Shown piece after piece: positions 36,033-46,019 of a DNA stretch of 64,000 bases. The stretch lies in assembly GCA_033763315.1 (NCBI GenBank), contig JANRKS010000009.1, positions 192,001 through 256,000 on the forward strand. Reading direction: 5' to 3'. This DNA is from Deltaproteobacteria bacterium (GTDB taxonomy: Bacteria > Myxococcota_A > Polyangia > Fen-1088). The notes beneath the pieces are model-generated. The model did not search any database and was not told the DNA's origin. It saw nothing but the letters and a program-made list of their open reading frames with translations. The stretch's first letter is position 1, and every line of letters begins with the position of its first letter. A program made the position numbers and the translations under genes.

Positions 36033-36671
36033 TTAGGCGGCGCCGCCGCCCTTAGACGATTCTGCCAACAGATTCTCAAGCTTCATCGAGAAGCCTTCCA
36101 AATCGGAGACCTGCTTCTTTGAGGCAGCCGAGAAGAAAGCGTGGGCGATGATGCACGTAACGGCGATCGACAACCCCATGGCCGTGTTGTTCAAAGCTTC
36201 AGAAATACCTTCTGAGAGCACCGCGGTGCGCTCTTCAGGTTTCGCTGCAGCCACAGCGCCGAATGACTTAATCAAACCGGCAACCGTACCCAACAAGCCG
36301 ATCAAGGTGGCGATGTTCGCGATGGACCACAACACCTGGACGCGCTTCTTCAACATAGGGCTAACGTCGACCAACGTTTCCTCGATGGCCTGCGCGATGG
36401 CAAGTTCACCGCGGTGCACGCGCTGAAGAGCTGCTTTGGCAACGTGAGCCACGGGAGCGCCGGTGGCAGAACAGAGCTTCACGGCCCGGTCCACGTTGTT
36501 TGCCAACACGAGCTTGCGAATCTGCTCCAAGAACGCCTTGGCGTTCACGCTGGCTTTCACCAGGAAGTAGATCGCCCTGTCCACGATGATCGCGATGGTG
36601 ACCACCGAGCACAGGAGGTTGATGTACATGAAGAAGCCGCCCTTCTCCAAAAACTCCGAAATTGCTTGCAT
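36033..36671 (-). CDS. TolQ/ExbB family proton channel (AglR-like)
   Basis: Three TMs; ATLIGLLGTVAGLI..F; GISEALNNTAMGL; GAGGA RBS. Confidence 0.88.
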   Translation of the reverse strand: MQAISEFLEKGGFFMYINLLCSVVTIAIIVDRAIYFLVKASVNAKAFLEQIRKLVLANNVDRAVKLCSATGAPVAHVAKAALQRVHRGELAIAQAIEETLVDVSPMLKKRVQVLWSIANIATLIGLLGTVAGLIKSFGAVAAAKPEERTAVLSEGISEALNNTAMGLSIAVTCIIAHAFFSAASKKQVSDLEGFSMKLENLLAESSKGGGAA

Positions 36672-36773
36672 TTCATCCTCCGCGAGCGCAAGCGCCCGCT
36701 TTCGTTGGCTCCCACAGACCGGGTTGGCGTTGTTGCAACATGCACCTAGAAAACTGGTCTAACGCCGTTCGCT

Positions 36774-36801
36774 ATCTTAACGATCGCGTCATAAGTGTCA
36801 A
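36774..36801 (-). promoter_or_regulatory. Putative sigma-70 promoter
   Basis: Minus strand TTGACA-N16-TAAGAT about 100 bp upstream of the TolQ-like gene. Confidence 0.55.
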
Positions 36802-37109
36802 GACATTGGCGAACGGACATCAACCGATAACTCAGTAATTTTTTTTGCGTTTTTGCCCGGCAGGAGGTCGGCTTTTGCAGGCTGTTATCCCACCTAGCGA
36901 CTCCGCGCAGCGAATTCGTAACGACCACCACACATCGATTCGGGGTCAAAGCTGCGCGGCACAGGCCGGGCGGTTTTGCACGTTCTATGGGGTTGTTGTT
37001 TTTGGCCGACTGCATCCGAGCAACTGATGTTTTCGGTCGGACCCCACGCGAGCTTTAAGCTCGTTTTCACATTTGTGGCCCGAATCGAAACGTTGGGCCC
37101 ACCGGGGGT

Positions 37110-39680
37110 TCAAAACTGCGGATCGGCAAAACTGCCAGCGGCCGCGGGACCGCGAAAGTTGGGTGGCAAGGTGCCCCGCTTGATCGGCACCAAGCGGCTA
37201 CGCGGGTTTGTTGGCGTGGCGGGCAACCCTTTGTCGGCGTCGGCGCGCACGAAGATAATGCCGGGCGGGATTTTGAAGTCCTGCACGGGCTCGTCGCGGA
37301 GGGCATCTGTCATGAAGTCGATCCAGATCGGCAAGGCAGCGTGACCGCCGGTCATGTCGTGGCCTATGGGCTTAAAGTCATCGCGACCCACCCAAACGCC
37401 GCAAAGAAGGCTGGGAGTGAAGCCAACGAACCAAGCGTCGCGATAATTGTTGGAGGTGCCCGTCTTGCCCGCCACAGGTCGGCCCAGCGCCTTCGCCTTG
37501 CGAGCCGTTCCTTCCTCGGTCACCGCGCGCATCATGTCTGTGAGCACGAACGCCGTTTCGGGTGACACCACCTGGGGCTCATCCGCCCCGGCTTTTGTGC
37601 CGCGGTTGTCCTCAAGCGTTTTGCCTTCGGCGTCGGTGATGCGCAGGATCGAAAGCGGTGACACGCGGCGGCCGCCTGCGGGAAACGACGCCATGGCGTA
37701 TGCCAGCTCCTCAAGGCTTAGATCCGCGGAGCCTAGGGCCAGCGACAACGCTTGTGGCAGCTTCGATTTTACGCCCGCGTGGCGCATCAACTCGATGAGG
37801 CGGCCAACGCCAAACTGCGCGGTCAATTGGGCTGCGACCGTGTTGATGCTCTTCGCCAGCGCCGTTCGCAGGGTGACCGCGCCAAGAAAGGTTGGCTTGT
37901 AATTGTGTGGTGCCCAAACCCCGCTTGACGTGTGGAACTTCACGGGCACGTCGTAGCGGATCGTGATCTGCGTGAGCCCCGATTCCAAAGCGGCGCCGTA
38001 GATGAAGGGTTTGATGGCAGAGCCAATCTGCCGCCGCGCTTGGCGTGCGCGGTTGAATTGGCTTTGTTGATAATCATACCCGCCCACCATCGCCAGCAAC
38101 TGGCCGTTGGTGGGATCAAGTGCGACCAAAGCGGCCTGCACCGAAGGTGCCACGGACAAGCGCGCCTTGATGACCACGGGGGCTGGCTTTTTCGGCCGCG
38201 GGGTGGGCGGCTCTTCAATGTTGAAGAACACAGGCAATACATCGCCGACCGCCAAGCTTTGGCCCTGCTCACCACGCCACGACAACGCACGCGTTTCATC
38301 TTCGGGATTGAGCGTGGCCTGCAGGCGACCTGACGCCAAGCTGACTTTGCGGCCCAAGCCGGTGATCACGGCGGCGTAAGTGGTATCGGGGTCAAAGTCA
38401 GGTGGCAGCGTGGCCGTCTTGTTTTTCGCGGCGGCTTGGCGAGCGGCCGCCCACGCTTCCCCCGCCACAAACTGCGCGACTTTGGGGTTTAGAACCGCGC
38501 CGGGCGTGGTGGCATCGATCTCGGCGGTGCGCACGTTCGCGGGCACCACCAGCCGGCCCGCTTGTTCGTCATCATCCACGTTGAACCCCGCCGGCCCGAA
38601 TGGCCGTGGCGAGCCCGCTTGCATGCGCGTGCGGTCTTGCGGCAACAACTTGCCGATGGGGCCTTTGAACGAAAGCTTACGCTCCAGATCCTCGAGGCCA
38701 CGTCGCAAAGCCGCCTCCGCTGCGCGTTGCTTGCGCATGATGAGCGTGGTGTAGATGCGCAGGCCACGCGCCAGCAGATCCTCGTCGCCGTATTGCTCTG
38801 CCACGTATTGTCGAATGGCTTCGGTGAAGTAGGGGGCTGCCACGTTACGCAGGGCCTTGCCGGTGGACACCAGGATGAGCGGCTCCTTATAGGCCGCGTC
38901 CTTCTGCGCGGCGGTGAGAAAGCCCAGCTCCTGCATTTGCCCCAGCACGTAAGCTTGGCGCGCCTTGGCCCGGTTGAAGTCGCGAAACGGCGTCGAGCGA
39001 CCAGGCGCTTTCGGCATCGCGGCCAACATCGCCGCCTCAGCGGCCGACAGGTCATCCACCCGTTTGCCAAAGTAAGCCCCCGCCGCGGCTTCGATGCCAT
39101 AGGCGCCGTGCCCCAAGTACACGTGGTTCAGGTAGATGCCGAGGATCTGGTCTTTGTTCAGCCGGTCCTCAATGCGGTGGGCCAGCATCGCTTCGCGGAT
39201 CTTGCGCGCCAGCGAGCGCTCTTGGCCCACAATCAGAAGCTTGGCCACCTGTTGCGTGATGGTGGACCCCCCTTGCACCACTTGACCGGCGCGCACGTTG
39301 GCCACGGCGGCCCGCAAAATGCCCAGGTAGTCGATGCCGCCGTGGCTGTAAAACCGCACGTCTTCTGCGGCCACAAACGCTTGCCGTACCGTGAGCGGAA
39401 CACGTTCGATAGGGACCAGCGTGCGCTTTTCAACGAAGAATTCACCGATCACTTCGCCCTCGGCGCTCAGCAGTTGGCTGGCACGCAAGGGGCGGTAATC
39501 TGTGAGCACCGAAAGGTTCGACGGCAAATCGTCGCGAAAGCTCCGGTACACCCACAGCCCCAAGCCCATGAACAACAAGCACGCACCCAGGGTGCTGAGC
39601 AGCGCGATGCGCAGGCAGGCGGCAAGAAAACCACGCACGCGTGAACGAAAACTTGTATTCCGCGCTTCCACCGCCACCAT
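37110..39680 (-). CDS. mrcA: Class A penicillin-binding protein (PBP1A family)
   Basis: TM; GT51 motifs EDVRF, GGSTITQQ, RKIRE, KDQIL..YLN; transpeptidase SAIK, SIN, KTG. Confidence 0.88.
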   Translation of the reverse strand: MVAVEARNTSFRSRVRGFLAACLRIALLSTLGACLLFMGLGLWVYRSFRDDLPSNLSVLTDYRPLRASQLLSAEGEVIGEFFVEKRTLVPIERVPLTVRQAFVAAEDVRFYSHGGIDYLGILRAAVANVRAGQVVQGGSTITQQVAKLLIVGQERSLARKIREAMLAHRIEDRLNKDQILGIYLNHVYLGHGAYGIEAAAGAYFGKRVDDLSAAEAAMLAAMPKAPGRSTPFRDFNRAKARQAYVLGQMQELGFLTAAQKDAAYKEPLILVSTGKALRNVAAPYFTEAIRQYVAEQYGDEDLLARGLRIYTTLIMRKQRAAEAALRRGLEDLERKLSFKGPIGKLLPQDRTRMQAGSPRPFGPAGFNVDDDEQAGRLVVPANVRTAEIDATTPGAVLNPKVAQFVAGEAWAAARQAAAKNKTATLPPDFDPDTTYAAVITGLGRKVSLASGRLQATLNPEDETRALSWRGEQGQSLAVGDVLPVFFNIEEPPTPRPKKPAPVVIKARLSVAPSVQAALVALDPTNGQLLAMVGGYDYQQSQFNRARQARRQIGSAIKPFIYGAALESGLTQITIRYDVPVKFHTSSGVWAPHNYKPTFLGAVTLRTALAKSINTVAAQLTAQFGVGRLIELMRHAGVKSKLPQALSLALGSADLSLEELAYAMASFPAGGRRVSPLSILRITDAEGKTLEDNRGTKAGADEPQVVSPETAFVLTDMMRAVTEEGTARKAKALGRPVAGKTGTSNNYRDAWFVGFTPSLLCGVWVGRDDFKPIGHDMTGGHAALPIWIDFMTDALRDEPVQDFKIPPGIIFVRADADKGLPATPTNPRSRLVPIKRGTLPPNFRGPAAAGSFADPQF

Positions 39681-39686
39681 TCGTCT

Positions 39687-41582
39687 ATGAGCCGCGTAGC
39701 CGCGCTCGTCAATTTTGGTGTTGTCATGTGTTGCTTTGGAGCCGCAAGGCCCGAGGTTTGTCTGGCGGCCGGCGACGCGGGTGTAAGCAAAGCGGGTGGC
39801 CCGGATGCCCTCGCACCAGCCATGTCGAAAGAACCTCCCGACGCTGTGGCCGCCGCAGGCGTGCGGCACGCGCCGTCGGGCGAAGGTTTCGTGGTGGAGG
39901 CGTTCGCCAACAAAGACAACGTGGGGTCACTTCGTTACCTCGAAGCCGGCCTGCCCGTGTTTTTGGCGGACCGCTTGTGGAACTGGAAGCCGCTGCGGTT
40001 CGTGGGGCCATCCTCAGTGCTGGCGCCGGTGGCGGCAGCGGCGAAACCCGCGCCCGGCGCCGTCGTCCCGCCCGTCGTCATCACCGAAGAGCCCAAGTTG
40101 CGTATCGTCGGCTGGTTCGAGAAGCGTCCGGGGCTGCGTCTGGCCATCTTCGTGCAAGTGCAAACGGGCAGCGAAACTGGCCATGAGGTGGTGGCCGCGG
40201 CGGCGCGTGAATGCAACCGCCAACAAGCGCCTGAGATGGCGCTGGCCGCCACCTTGGAAGCGTTGGCCAGGGTCCCGGGCTTGTCGTTGGCCGCGCCGAC
40301 CAAACAAAGCGCGGCGCCGTTTGCGCGCGATCCTTACGCGTTCGTTTTGTACTCGCGAGGCCTCTTGGCATACTTGGGCCTGGGCGGCGTCAAACGGTCA
40401 GTGGAGTCAGCGCAAAAATGGTTGGTGCGTGCGTTGCTCATTGATCCGCGCGTGCCTGAGACGCGGCGCTATTTGGCCGTGGCACAGCTGGACGGGGGCA
40501 AGCCGAACCAAGCGAGGTCGTCGCTGGCCTTCGCGCTCGATGAACGCCCTGACTACGTTCCTGCCTTAATCACTTTGGCTGGCCTTGAAAAAGAAGCACG
40601 CGGATCGAATGCGTTGGTGTTGCACGAACGCCTGTTGGCGCTCGACCCAACGGCTTGGCGGGCCCGCAGCGCTTACGGTGAACTGCTTTATGAGGCGGGG
40701 AAATTTCCAGAGGCAAGGCGCGCGCTTGAGGTTGTGCTGCAACAAAGGCCCGACGATGCGGCGTCACGGCGCATTTTAACTTTGGTGCTGTCATCACAAC
40801 GCGCGGGCGCGGCCTTGGTGCACGAGTTTGAGGAGATCGTAAAGCTGGATCCGAACAATGTGGCGGCTCGGCTAGATTTGGCTGCCGCTTACATGAACGA
40901 AAACCGTTTGGCCGACGCAGCCAACACTTATGATTCGGTGCTTGAGCGGCAACCGCGCCACAAAGAGGCGCTTAAGTTCGCAGGCGATCTGTTGCGGCAG
41001 CAAGGCCAACTTGAGGAGGCCGCGAAGCGTTACGAGCGGTTGCGTCGGTTGGCACCAGATGACCCCCGCCCCGTGTTTTTGCTGGGCGCCCTTTACCATC
41101 AAGCGGGCAACCTTGCGGCCGCCGAACGCATGTTCACCGACGCGGCACAGTTCCCGCAGCTGCGCGCCGAAGCGTGGTCCAACTTGGGCGCGGTGATGGT
41201 GGAGCAAGGCCGCGCGAAGGAGGCACGTTGGTTGTTGATGAAGGCGGCGCAAAGCCGACCCAACAAGGCTTCAATTCGTTACAACTATGCGGTGCTGCTG
41301 CGCGCTTTGGATTTGCACGCCGACGCCTTAAATGAATTGCACGCGGCTTTGCAGGTGGATCCGGCCGATCCCCAGATCACGTTCGCTGCAGGCGTGGTGG
41401 CCCTGCGGCTTGGATTATTGCGGGAAGCTGAAGATCAGTTTCGCGCCACCTTGGCCCTGCAGCCATCTCACGCTGGGGCGTCGCACAACCTGAAGCTGTT
41501 GACCAAGGTCACGGGCGGCAAAGAAGAGATGGGAGCCGCAGGCGCTGTGCAGAAGATCTTGCCTCTGCAAAAGGTCAATTAG
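39687..41582 (+). CDS. Secreted TPR-repeat protein
   Basis: N-terminal alpha/beta region followed by about 10 TPR units; start uncertain. Confidence 0.75.
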   Translation: MSRVAALVNFGVVMCCFGAARPEVCLAAGDAGVSKAGGPDALAPAMSKEPPDAVAAAGVRHAPSGEGFVVEAFANKDNVGSLRYLEAGLPVFLADRLWNWKPLRFVGPSSVLAPVAAAAKPAPGAVVPPVVITEEPKLRIVGWFEKRPGLRLAIFVQVQTGSETGHEVVAAAARECNRQQAPEMALAATLEALARVPGLSLAAPTKQSAAPFARDPYAFVLYSRGLLAYLGLGGVKRSVESAQKWLVRALLIDPRVPETRRYLAVAQLDGGKPNQARSSLAFALDERPDYVPALITLAGLEKEARGSNALVLHERLLALDPTAWRARSAYGELLYEAGKFPEARRALEVVLQQRPDDAASRRILTLVLSSQRAGAALVHEFEEIVKLDPNNVAARLDLAAAYMNENRLADAANTYDSVLERQPRHKEALKFAGDLLRQQGQLEEAAKRYERLRRLAPDDPRPVFLLGALYHQAGNLAAAERMFTDAAQFPQLRAEAWSNLGAVMVEQGRAKEARWLLMKAAQSRPNKASIRYNYAVLLRALDLHADALNELHAALQVDPADPQITFAAGVVALRLGLLREAEDQFRATLALQPSHAGASHNLKLLTKVTGGKEEMGAAGAVQKILPLQKVN

Positions 41583-43989
41583 CCGCCTGCGCCTGGGCCC
41601 AGTCTAAACGTTCAAGCCAATCTTTGGCGCGCAGACGGCCGCTTTCGCTGCCTGATTCCGATAGTGCCGCTCGCCAAGCGGCCCGCGCGTTTTCGTAAAG
41701 CCCGGCGCGGTAGGCGCTTTGCCCCACAAGCCGCCAGCACTCACGCTGAAATAGCGGCGGCAGTGGTATGGCCATCGGTTTGCCGCTGCGATCGCCTGAC
41801 TCAGGGCAGGCTTGCTGCAACGTTGTAAACGCGAGCGTGGGATCGCGGTTCAACAATTGGCGACCGAGTAGATAAGGGCCAAGCGCTTCGTCAGGAAATG
41901 CCTTTGCGAATTCGCTTAATAGGTAAACGACCAATGCGGGATCCATCGCTTCGGCAGGGCTGTCGCCGAACAAAACGCGCCCTAAGGTGGCGCGCGCCAC
42001 GGGATCCTTGAGCGCCCTCAACCTGGCTACGGATGTGCGCCGATCGGTTTGCTCGGTGGCCAGCTGAAACGCTTCCGTTTCCGCCGCCAGCGCTTGATCC
42101 ACATCTTTGCGCGCCAGCGCCAAACTCGCTTTGAAGCTCGCCACGCGCCGTCGCAAGGGGCGGGTGAGATCTGTGCGCTGTGAGAGCCCCTCGATCGTTC
42201 GCAAGGCAACCTCCGGTTGTTTTGCGGCCACGTGCGCGTACGCCAAAGACAATCGATACCCGGGCTCATCGGGATCGTCGGTGCATACCGACTGCAGAAG
42301 CGCCACGGCCTTTTCCGGTTGATGCGTGCGAAGACGCAGAGCTTCCTGCACCCGCGCGGCCAAATCGCGCGCGCACACTTTTTTGAAGATCGCGGGGCGA
42401 CGATAACGTTCATCCGCGTTGGCTTTTTGATCCTCGTTCAACGGCTGCTGTTGCAAGAACGCCTTCCACCGCGTTTCAAGCTCAGGCAGCGCAGCGCCAT
42501 AACTGCCCACCCAATCGCCGCCCGAACGATACACCTTCTGTAAGGCCGGGGCGCCAAAGCGCTCAAGCACGAAGTGCGTGAATGAGGCGGCCAGCGTGTA
42601 GGCCTGCGGCCCGGCCACCACGGTGAATCCAGCGCCCATGATCTGGGTCAACGAGGGCGCCTGTTTGGACTGCACCAAATGGCGTGCGTCTTGATGAAGC
42701 GTGGCTTGGCCCTCGGGATTCGAAAAGTCAGAAGCCTCGGCAATGCCTTCCACCAAGCCACTGGCCAAGCGCGGCCACGGCCACCAGCGTAAGCTGATGC
42801 CGAACACAGGATCGCCAAAACTGGCGGCAAAAATGTGCGCCATTTCGTGCCGCAGATTTTCAGGCGGAAAATCCGCCACCTGCACGAACATCTCTTGGCG
42901 CCACGGCTTCGTGAACAACGTTGAACCCGCGCCCACCAGATCCTTTTTGGATTCGGCGCTCGGGAACAAGAACACCGTTACGGGCAAACGCGGCTCGGTT
43001 TGCAACGTGTGCTTGAGCTGGTGGTAGCGAAATTCAAGCTCGCTCAAAAACAGCGCCATTTCGGCGGGCGACTGCCCATCACCCGGGCTGCTGAACACGC
43101 GAAAGTGGGCCGTGGTGTGCACACGCGACAAGTGTTGGCGCAAATCCGTTTGTGAGCGACGAAATCCAAATTGGCCGCCAAACGCAAACACGCCGATGGC
43201 CCCTGCCGCCAAAACAAACGCGGTGGTCACGCGGGTGCCAGTGAGTGTTTTGCGCCAACGGCGGTTGCGAATGATGGTCAGGTCCAACCGCGGTGCGTTG
43301 GCGCCACGGACGGTGATCACCAGATCGGCTGCCGCCAAAACGGCCACCAGCCACAGCAAGTTGGCGAGCCGAAACAGCACCAAGCGAGCCGGTGGTGACA
43401 ACGCTTCGTCGTAGATCGGCCCCGGAAAAAAGCCGCCGAAGGGATCGAGCGCATACACGGGCGGATCCACATACACGCGCCAACATGCCCACAACATCGA
43501 AACGATTGGTGCCAGCAACGCCAACCGACGACCCTGACGCACGCTCAGCAAACCACAAAGCATACCAATCGTCGCGGCAAACACGACGCTGGACAGCGGC
43601 AGCAGCGCATAGAAGGCGAACCCAGCGGCGAAGCTGCAGTTGCGGGTGCGCACAGCGTTTAAGCTGATCGCCAGCAGCGGCAACACCAACAAAGACGCGC
43701 CTTTGACCGCGGCCGTGAGGGCCAAGGACCACACCGAGCGGTTGCTGGTGCTCATGGGCGTGCGTCGCGCCTTTGCGACCACATCATGCCCCACATCCGC
43801 GCCCGCGAACGCGGCGATCAGGCCGATGACGAAAGCGAAGTCATATCCCAACAGGTTGTGCAAGGGAACGAAGCACAACACCACGCTGGTGGTGAAAAGC
43901 GCCAACCCCCACACCGCCCCCCGTATCCCACAGGATCTAATTGTGGCACGGAGTGCGTTGACCAGTGTTCCGCGCAGGCCTACCATCAA
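41575..43989 (-). CDS. Multi-TM protein with gluzincin-like domain and C-terminal TPR-like helices
   Basis: Seven or more TMs; HEMAH..LVEGIAEA. Confidence 0.72.
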   Translation of the reverse strand: MMVGLRGTLVNALRATIRSCGIRGAVWGLALFTTSVVLCFVPLHNLLGYDFAFVIGLIAAFAGADVGHDVVAKARRTPMSTSNRSVWSLALTAAVKGASLLVLPLLAISLNAVRTRNCSFAAGFAFYALLPLSSVVFAATIGMLCGLLSVRQGRRLALLAPIVSMLWACWRVYVDPPVYALDPFGGFFPGPIYDEALSPPARLVLFRLANLLWLVAVLAAADLVITVRGANAPRLDLTIIRNRRWRKTLTGTRVTTAFVLAAGAIGVFAFGGQFGFRRSQTDLRQHLSRVHTTAHFRVFSSPGDGQSPAEMALFLSELEFRYHQLKHTLQTEPRLPVTVFLFPSAESKKDLVGAGSTLFTKPWRQEMFVQVADFPPENLRHEMAHIFAASFGDPVFGISLRWWPWPRLASGLVEGIAEASDFSNPEGQATLHQDARHLVQSKQAPSLTQIMGAGFTVVAGPQAYTLAASFTHFVLERFGAPALQKVYRSGGDWVGSYGAALPELETRWKAFLQQQPLNEDQKANADERYRRPAIFKKVCARDLAARVQEALRLRTHQPEKAVALLQSVCTDDPDEPGYRLSLAYAHVAAKQPEVALRTIEGLSQRTDLTRPLRRRVASFKASLALARKDVDQALAAETEAFQLATEQTDRRTSVARLRALKDPVARATLGRVLFGDSPAEAMDPALVVYLLSEFAKAFPDEALGPYLLGRQLLNRDPTLAFTTLQQACPESGDRSGKPMAIPLPPLFQRECWRLVGQSAYRAGLYENARAAWRAALSESGSESGRLRAKDWLERLDWAQAQAAN

Positions 43990-44409
43990 ATGATTCTCAT
44001 GTCGTTGCAGACGGAACGCAGAAACGAGCCGCGGGCGCCCATCGACTTGCAGGTGGAGTATAAGCGGCTCAACACGTTCTTCTATGACTACACGAAGAAC
44101 ATCTCAAAAGGGGGAACGTTCATCAAAACCGATAGGCCCCTGCCCATCGGAACGATGTTTCTGTTCCGCTTGTTCGTGCCGCGTTTGGAGGCGCCGCTGG
44201 TTCTTCACGGCGAGGTGCGCTGGATTGTGAGCGTCGAAGCCGCGGCGGATGCAAAATCGGAGGAGGGCTCCGAACCCGGCATGGGAATTCGCTTCGTATA
44301 CAATGACGAATCCAGCCGCCAAGAAGTGGATGACAGGGTTGAGCGCTTAATGACCGAAACCTTGGGCCCGCTCATCGCCGCACACTTACGCGGCAACCTT
44401 GAACCCTAA
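43990..44409 (+). CDS. PilZ domain protein (TIGR02266-like)
   Basis: ERRNEPR (RxxxR) and NISKGG motifs; GEVRW..PGMGIRF. Confidence 0.88.
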   Translation: MILMSLQTERRNEPRAPIDLQVEYKRLNTFFYDYTKNISKGGTFIKTDRPLPIGTMFLFRLFVPRLEAPLVLHGEVRWIVSVEAAADAKSEEGSEPGMGIRFVYNDESSRQEVDDRVERLMTETLGPLIAAHLRGNLEP

Positions 44410-45986
44410 GGCGCGGCTGGTACGTCGCGCGGCCTGTAGACTTCGATCGTTGAGGTGGGGCGCAGGCCACCGGCGTCGGGCGCGCGGCCGCCGATGAGCA
44501 AAGCCGTGCCGTCGGGAAGGTAGGCCACCTTGGCTCCCGTGCGCGGCGCCGCAGGGAGGGCCGGCAACGGCGCCAAAGTCGCAAGATCAAAACGCTCGGC
44601 GTCTGGCACCGGTGCGTTCGTGGCGTCGAGGCCGCCGCATACAACAAGATCATTGCCAAGCACAAAGATGGCCGCGCCACTGCGTGGGCGTTGCAACGGC
44701 AAAGCGAATGGCGTGAACGTGCGGCTCAAAGGTTCGTAGATGCGCACGTCCGCAATGGGTACGCCGCTGGCGTCAACGCCGCCGACGATCAGCTGCCGTC
44801 CGTCGGGCAAAGCAAGCACCGCGTGGTTCACGCGCGGGGGGCCGGCGTCTGCCAGCGCGGCGAATTGGCCCAGCGTTGCGTCGTAAACCTCGGCCACAGG
44901 ACCCGCAGGATCGAATGTACCGCCGAACAAAAGCACATCGGTGCGGAGCACGGCCGGCGCCGTGGCCGTGGGGGGAACGTTCACGTTGATGACGGTGGCC
45001 GTGTGGCCCGAGCGCGGGGCCAGCATCGACGGACCAAACAATGAAACCACGCCCGCGGCCAACGCAGGGTTGATTAGCACCACGGAGGACAGCGTTTTGA
45101 CCGCGGCAGGCATTGTGCTGTCGGGCACCGTTTGACCGCCAAAGGCAAGCAGCACGGCGGCGCCCGCCACAGGCACTTCGGCGAGCACGGCGCCTTCGCG
45201 CGGCACCTGCGTCGCCTCTGGCGCGGGCGTGTATGTTGCCGTCAAACCCATCGTCACTTCGTTGAGCAATTGATCGGTGCCGATTTGGTTGGCGACGCCA
45301 CTGAAGGTCAACGGTGGTCCCTCCGTGCGGCCGCCGAAGAACCAGATGGTGCCGTCAGCGCGCGCCAACACGGCGGCGCCTGTGGCCGTGGCCGTAAACA
45401 GATTGGGTGTGACCACTGCATGTAGATACGGGTTGTAAAGCACCGCCACGCGTGTGGGCTCTTCGTTGCCTGCCGTGTTGATCGTCTTGCCGCCCAATAT
45501 CACCGGCACGGCGACGGCCTGGGGCTCTTCGGGCTCTTTGATGGCCGCCGTGACGACCGCGCCGTCTGCCAGACGCGGAATCAGCGGATCTTCTGATGCG
45601 GATGCCAAGCTGCCCAGTGTTTGCACCAAGACAAACAACTGAATCGTTTGGTTGACCAAGCGGATGCGCGGCGAACGACCGTAAGCGATCAAGCCCTGCG
45701 GCCCATTGACCTTCACGACGAACGTCGCCGCTTTCACTTTGCGCGAATCCAACCCGCGCAACGAAAGCGTTGGCAACTGACCTGCGGTGACCGCAACCGT
45801 GGTTTGTAAACCCGAGCCCACCGCTTCAAGCGATACGGACGTAGCGCCTGTGAGTGGCGTTTGCCCTGGTAAGGCCAGAAGCTTGACGTTGTATTCGGGC
45901 TGAATGTTGTCGCTGCAAGCGGGCAGGGTGGCGAGCGCGAGCCACGCCGTCAGCAACAGAGACGTTAAGGAGAATGGTTTAAGCAA
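44406..45986 (-). CDS. Kelch-repeat lipoprotein
   Basis: Lipobox LPAC; repeated R.GH.A..L.DG..L..GG..E.YD units. Confidence 0.75.
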   Translation of the reverse strand: MLKPFSLTSLLLTAWLALATLPACSDNIQPEYNVKLLALPGQTPLTGATSVSLEAVGSGLQTTVAVTAGQLPTLSLRGLDSRKVKAATFVVKVNGPQGLIAYGRSPRIRLVNQTIQLFVLVQTLGSLASASEDPLIPRLADGAVVTAAIKEPEEPQAVAVPVILGGKTINTAGNEEPTRVAVLYNPYLHAVVTPNLFTATATGAAVLARADGTIWFFGGRTEGPPLTFSGVANQIGTDQLLNEVTMGLTATYTPAPEATQVPREGAVLAEVPVAGAAVLLAFGGQTVPDSTMPAAVKTLSSVVLINPALAAGVVSLFGPSMLAPRSGHTATVINVNVPPTATAPAVLRTDVLLFGGTFDPAGPVAEVYDATLGQFAALADAGPPRVNHAVLALPDGRQLIVGGVDASGVPIADVRIYEPLSRTFTPFALPLQRPRSGAAIFVLGNDLVVCGGLDATNAPVPDAERFDLATLAPLPALPAAPRTGAKVAYLPDGTALLIGGRAPDAGGLRPTSTIEVYRPRDVPAAP

Positions 45987-46019
45987 GACCGGAATATAGC
46001 AAGCGGCGCTCGGGTGGGC

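Noticed and set aside
43990-44409. Naming the PilZ protein as a specific motor regulator (PlpA/YcgR-like brake)
   Set aside because: PilZ paralogs are numerous in this group and it is not linked to either motor operon; orthology cannot be judged by eye
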